Shown here in pieces: positions 62,901-64,000 of a stretch of 64,000 bases of DNA. The notes under the pieces are model-generated. The model did no database searches and had not been told where the DNA came from. It was given only the letters and a program-made list of their open reading frames with translations. The stretch comes from Eledone cirrhosa (taxonomy: Eukaryota): positions 10,664,001-10,728,000 of the forward strand of contig OZ024743.1 of assembly GCA_964016885.1 (NCBI GenBank), read 5' to 3'. Each line of letters begins with the position of its first letter. The first letter of the stretch is position 1. Position numbers and translations under genes: made by a program.

Positions 62901-64000
62901 TTCAAAAGGTAAAAATGAGGTGGTGGCTTGGTGTTGTTTCAGCAGGTATAAATAAGGTGGTGGTTTGGTGTTGTTTCAAAAGGTATAAATTTGGTGATGT
63001 TTTGGTGTTATTTCAACAGGTATAAATATGGTGGTGGTTTGGTGTTGTTTTAACAGGTATAAATAAAGTGATGGTTTGGGTTGTTTCAACAGGTATAAAG
63101 AAGGTGGTGGTTTGGTGCTGTTTCAACAGGTATAAACTTTGTGGTGGTTTGGTGTTGTTTCAACAGGTATAAATGAGGTGGTGATTTGGTGTTGTTTCAA
63201 CAGGTATATATTTGGTGATGGTTTGGTGTTATTTCAATAGTTATAAATAAGGTGGTGGTTTGGGTTGTTTCAAAAGGTAAAAATGAGGTGGTGGCTTGGT
63301 GTTGTTTCAGCAGGTATAAATAAGGTGGTGGTTTGGTGTTGTTTCAGCAGGTATAAATTTGGTGGTGGTTTGGGTTGTTTCAACAGGTATAAATGAGGTG
63401 GTGGTTTGGTGTTGTTTCAACAGGTATAAATGAAGTGGTGATTTGGTGTTGTTTCAGCAGGTATAAATAAGGTGGAGGTTTGGTGTTATTTCAACAGGTA
63501 TAAATAAAGTGATGGTTTGGGTTATTTCAACAGGTATAAATAAGGTTGGTGGTTTGGTGTTGTTTCAACAGGTATAAATAAGGTAGTAGTTTGGTGTTAT
63601 TTCAACAGGTATAAATAAGGTGGTGGTTTGGAGTTGTTTAAACGGGTATAGATAAAGTGGTGGTTTGGTGTTGTTTCAGCAGGTATAAATAAGGTGGAGG
63701 TTTGGTGTTATTTCAACAGGTATAAATAAGGTGATGGTTTGGTGTTGTTTCAACAGGTATAAATGAGGTGGTGATTTGGTGTTGTTTCAGCAGGTATAAA
63801 TAAATTGGTGGTTTGGTGTTATTTCAACAGGTATAAAGAAGGTAGTGGTTTGGTGTTATTTCAACAGGTATAAATTTGGTGGTGGTTTGCTGTTGTTTCA
63901 ACAGGTATAAATGAGGTGGTGATTTGGTGTTGTTTCAACAGGTATAAATAAGGTGGTGGTTTGGGTTATTTCAACAGGTATAAAGAATGTGGTGGTTTGG
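32991..64000. repeat. 37-bp tandem satellite DNA (~840 monomers, runs off the window end)
   Basis: Consensus CAACAGGTATAAATAAGGTGGTGGTTTGGTGTTGTTT, head-to-tail in one orientation throughout, with recurrent variant monomers. Confidence 0.98.

Noticed and set aside
32991-64000. CRISPR array (37-bp period, GTTTCAAC motif)
   Set aside because: Monomers are contiguous with no unique spacers, there are no cas genes, and the context is eukaryotic.

Overview
Eukaryotic (animal) repeat-rich DNA with no host protein-coding gene that I can support. The SINE families and the (TA)n/(CAT)n background resemble cephalopod/octopus DNA (inference). Bases 1-23.5 kb are an AT-rich mix of tRNA-derived SINEs, decayed RTE, R4/Dong, L1/Tx1 and mariner fragments, TTAA-flanked MITEs, a small Helitron and a tRNA-Gly pseudogene. 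Bases 23589-30441 hold a full-length, very young Ty3/Gypsy (CsRn1-like) LTR retrotransposon on the minus strand. It has 403-bp LTRs with 1 mismatch, an ACCC target-site duplication, a tRNA-Trp PBS, and a -1 frameshift signal between gag and pol. Its most unusual trait is a Gag carrying ~25 in-frame 17-aa repeats that supply 22 NPF motifs. It also has a duplicated LTR-end/PBS junction and an RT motif that reads YIGD instead of YIDD. From ~32990 to the window end is a ~31-kb array of a 37-bp G/T-rich satellite with higher-order structure. The array starts directly at R4/Dong retrotransposon fragments sitting in a (TAA)n tract.
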